Below, in pieces: positions 63,134 to 64,000 of a DNA stretch of 64,000 bases. Each line of letters starts with the position of its first letter. Within the stretch, counting starts at the first letter, position 1. Origin of the DNA: Tubiluchus corallicola (lineage: Eukaryota > Animalia > Priapulida); the NCBI GenBank assembly GCA_030141605.1, contig JAQGDQ010000051.1, forward strand, positions 766,177 to 830,176, read 5' to 3'. A model generated the notes under the pieces. It saw only the letters and a program-made list of their open reading frames with translations, had not been told where the DNA came from and made no database searches. The translations under genes were made by a program, and so were the position numbers.

Positions 63134-64000
63134 GTATTGTCATTGAGAGTATCTTGGAATATACTTTATGTAAATTTATATAGATAATCTATCAAAGTTT
63201 TCTTCAAATTCATCTAGGTTGCTAACTATAAGTGTAATTATGAATGAATTTGTTTGTATTGTCAGTGATTTTCTCGACTTCTATTGAACCATTTGCAACA
63301 AATGGTGCATCACATGATTTATCTTGGTCTGCTGTGGTCCCTTAGAGGGTTCACTTTTCGATTTTCGATTGTGGAGGAAACAGGTAACAAAAAATTCCAA
63401 CAATTGGTATGTAGTTTTTTTGCAAAATGTAAAACTGAGATCTGAAAAATGTATCTGCAGGAGATAGGGTGCTATATAGGTATCAGGTGGTGCAAAAAGA
63501 TGTGGCAAAGACTGATCATGATATTATTACAAAGAAAATATGAGAATGGCTTGAAATGTGCACACTGATGTTATATAAGCATTCGTGGGGTCTTGGTGGG
63601 AATTTCATAAATTTTCTGGAAAGAAGAACAGGGGTATGCGATGAGATAGGCTTCTTTGGCAAAGTGGGCAGCCATGCTGTTTGGAGAGTTAGTTTCCTGG
63701 TATTATCCTAACACGAATTTCATTTTGACTACTCTTAATTTTATTTTTGGATTATATTGTAACGGTATTGCTGATGCACATTGAACTCAAAAGACGAGTA
63801 TAAAAGAAGACTTGCCAGGAATCTACCTCATATTCTACATGCTGGATGACAAAAACGGGGTAGGTGGAGAGATGTTAAAAATACCTGTCCGCCTACTCAC
63901 TGAACTGACAAGGACATTCCATATCAGCAGTTTTATACCTGGTATGCTATGCTGATATGCAATCGCTCGATAATGGATCAAACCATCACAGTGTGGGTGT

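Noticed and set aside
63280-64000. Possible Penelope-like retroelement remnant (also ~47930-48200)
   Set aside because: Only faint motif resemblance; too degraded to support without a search.

Overview
AT-rich, repeat-dense animal (probably invertebrate) genomic DNA. It holds the 5' parts of two divergently transcribed, spliced host genes: TMEM131 (11 coding exons, minus strand, 28251->1029) and a GAB/DOS-family PH-domain adaptor (4 exons, plus strand, 46140->63133). Between them is a transposon cluster. Its main element is a BEL/Pao LTR retrotransposon (5' LTR ~29791-30219, gag-pol from 30478) whose single polyprotein carries an N-terminal SAP domain and an in-frame, intronless, nearly complete glycogenin (GT8) catalytic domain (31033-31806) upstream of the Gag core. 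This is the standout feature: a captured host self-glucosylating enzyme fused into retrotransposon Gag. The element is decayed at its 3' end and abuts, tail-to-tail, a truncated Mag-like Ty3/Gypsy element with a tRNA-Ser PBS. The rest is LINE fragments, MITE-type DNA transposons (piggyBac-, Kolobok- and pogo-like) and simple repeats. All family calls come from reading motifs by eye; no database search was run.
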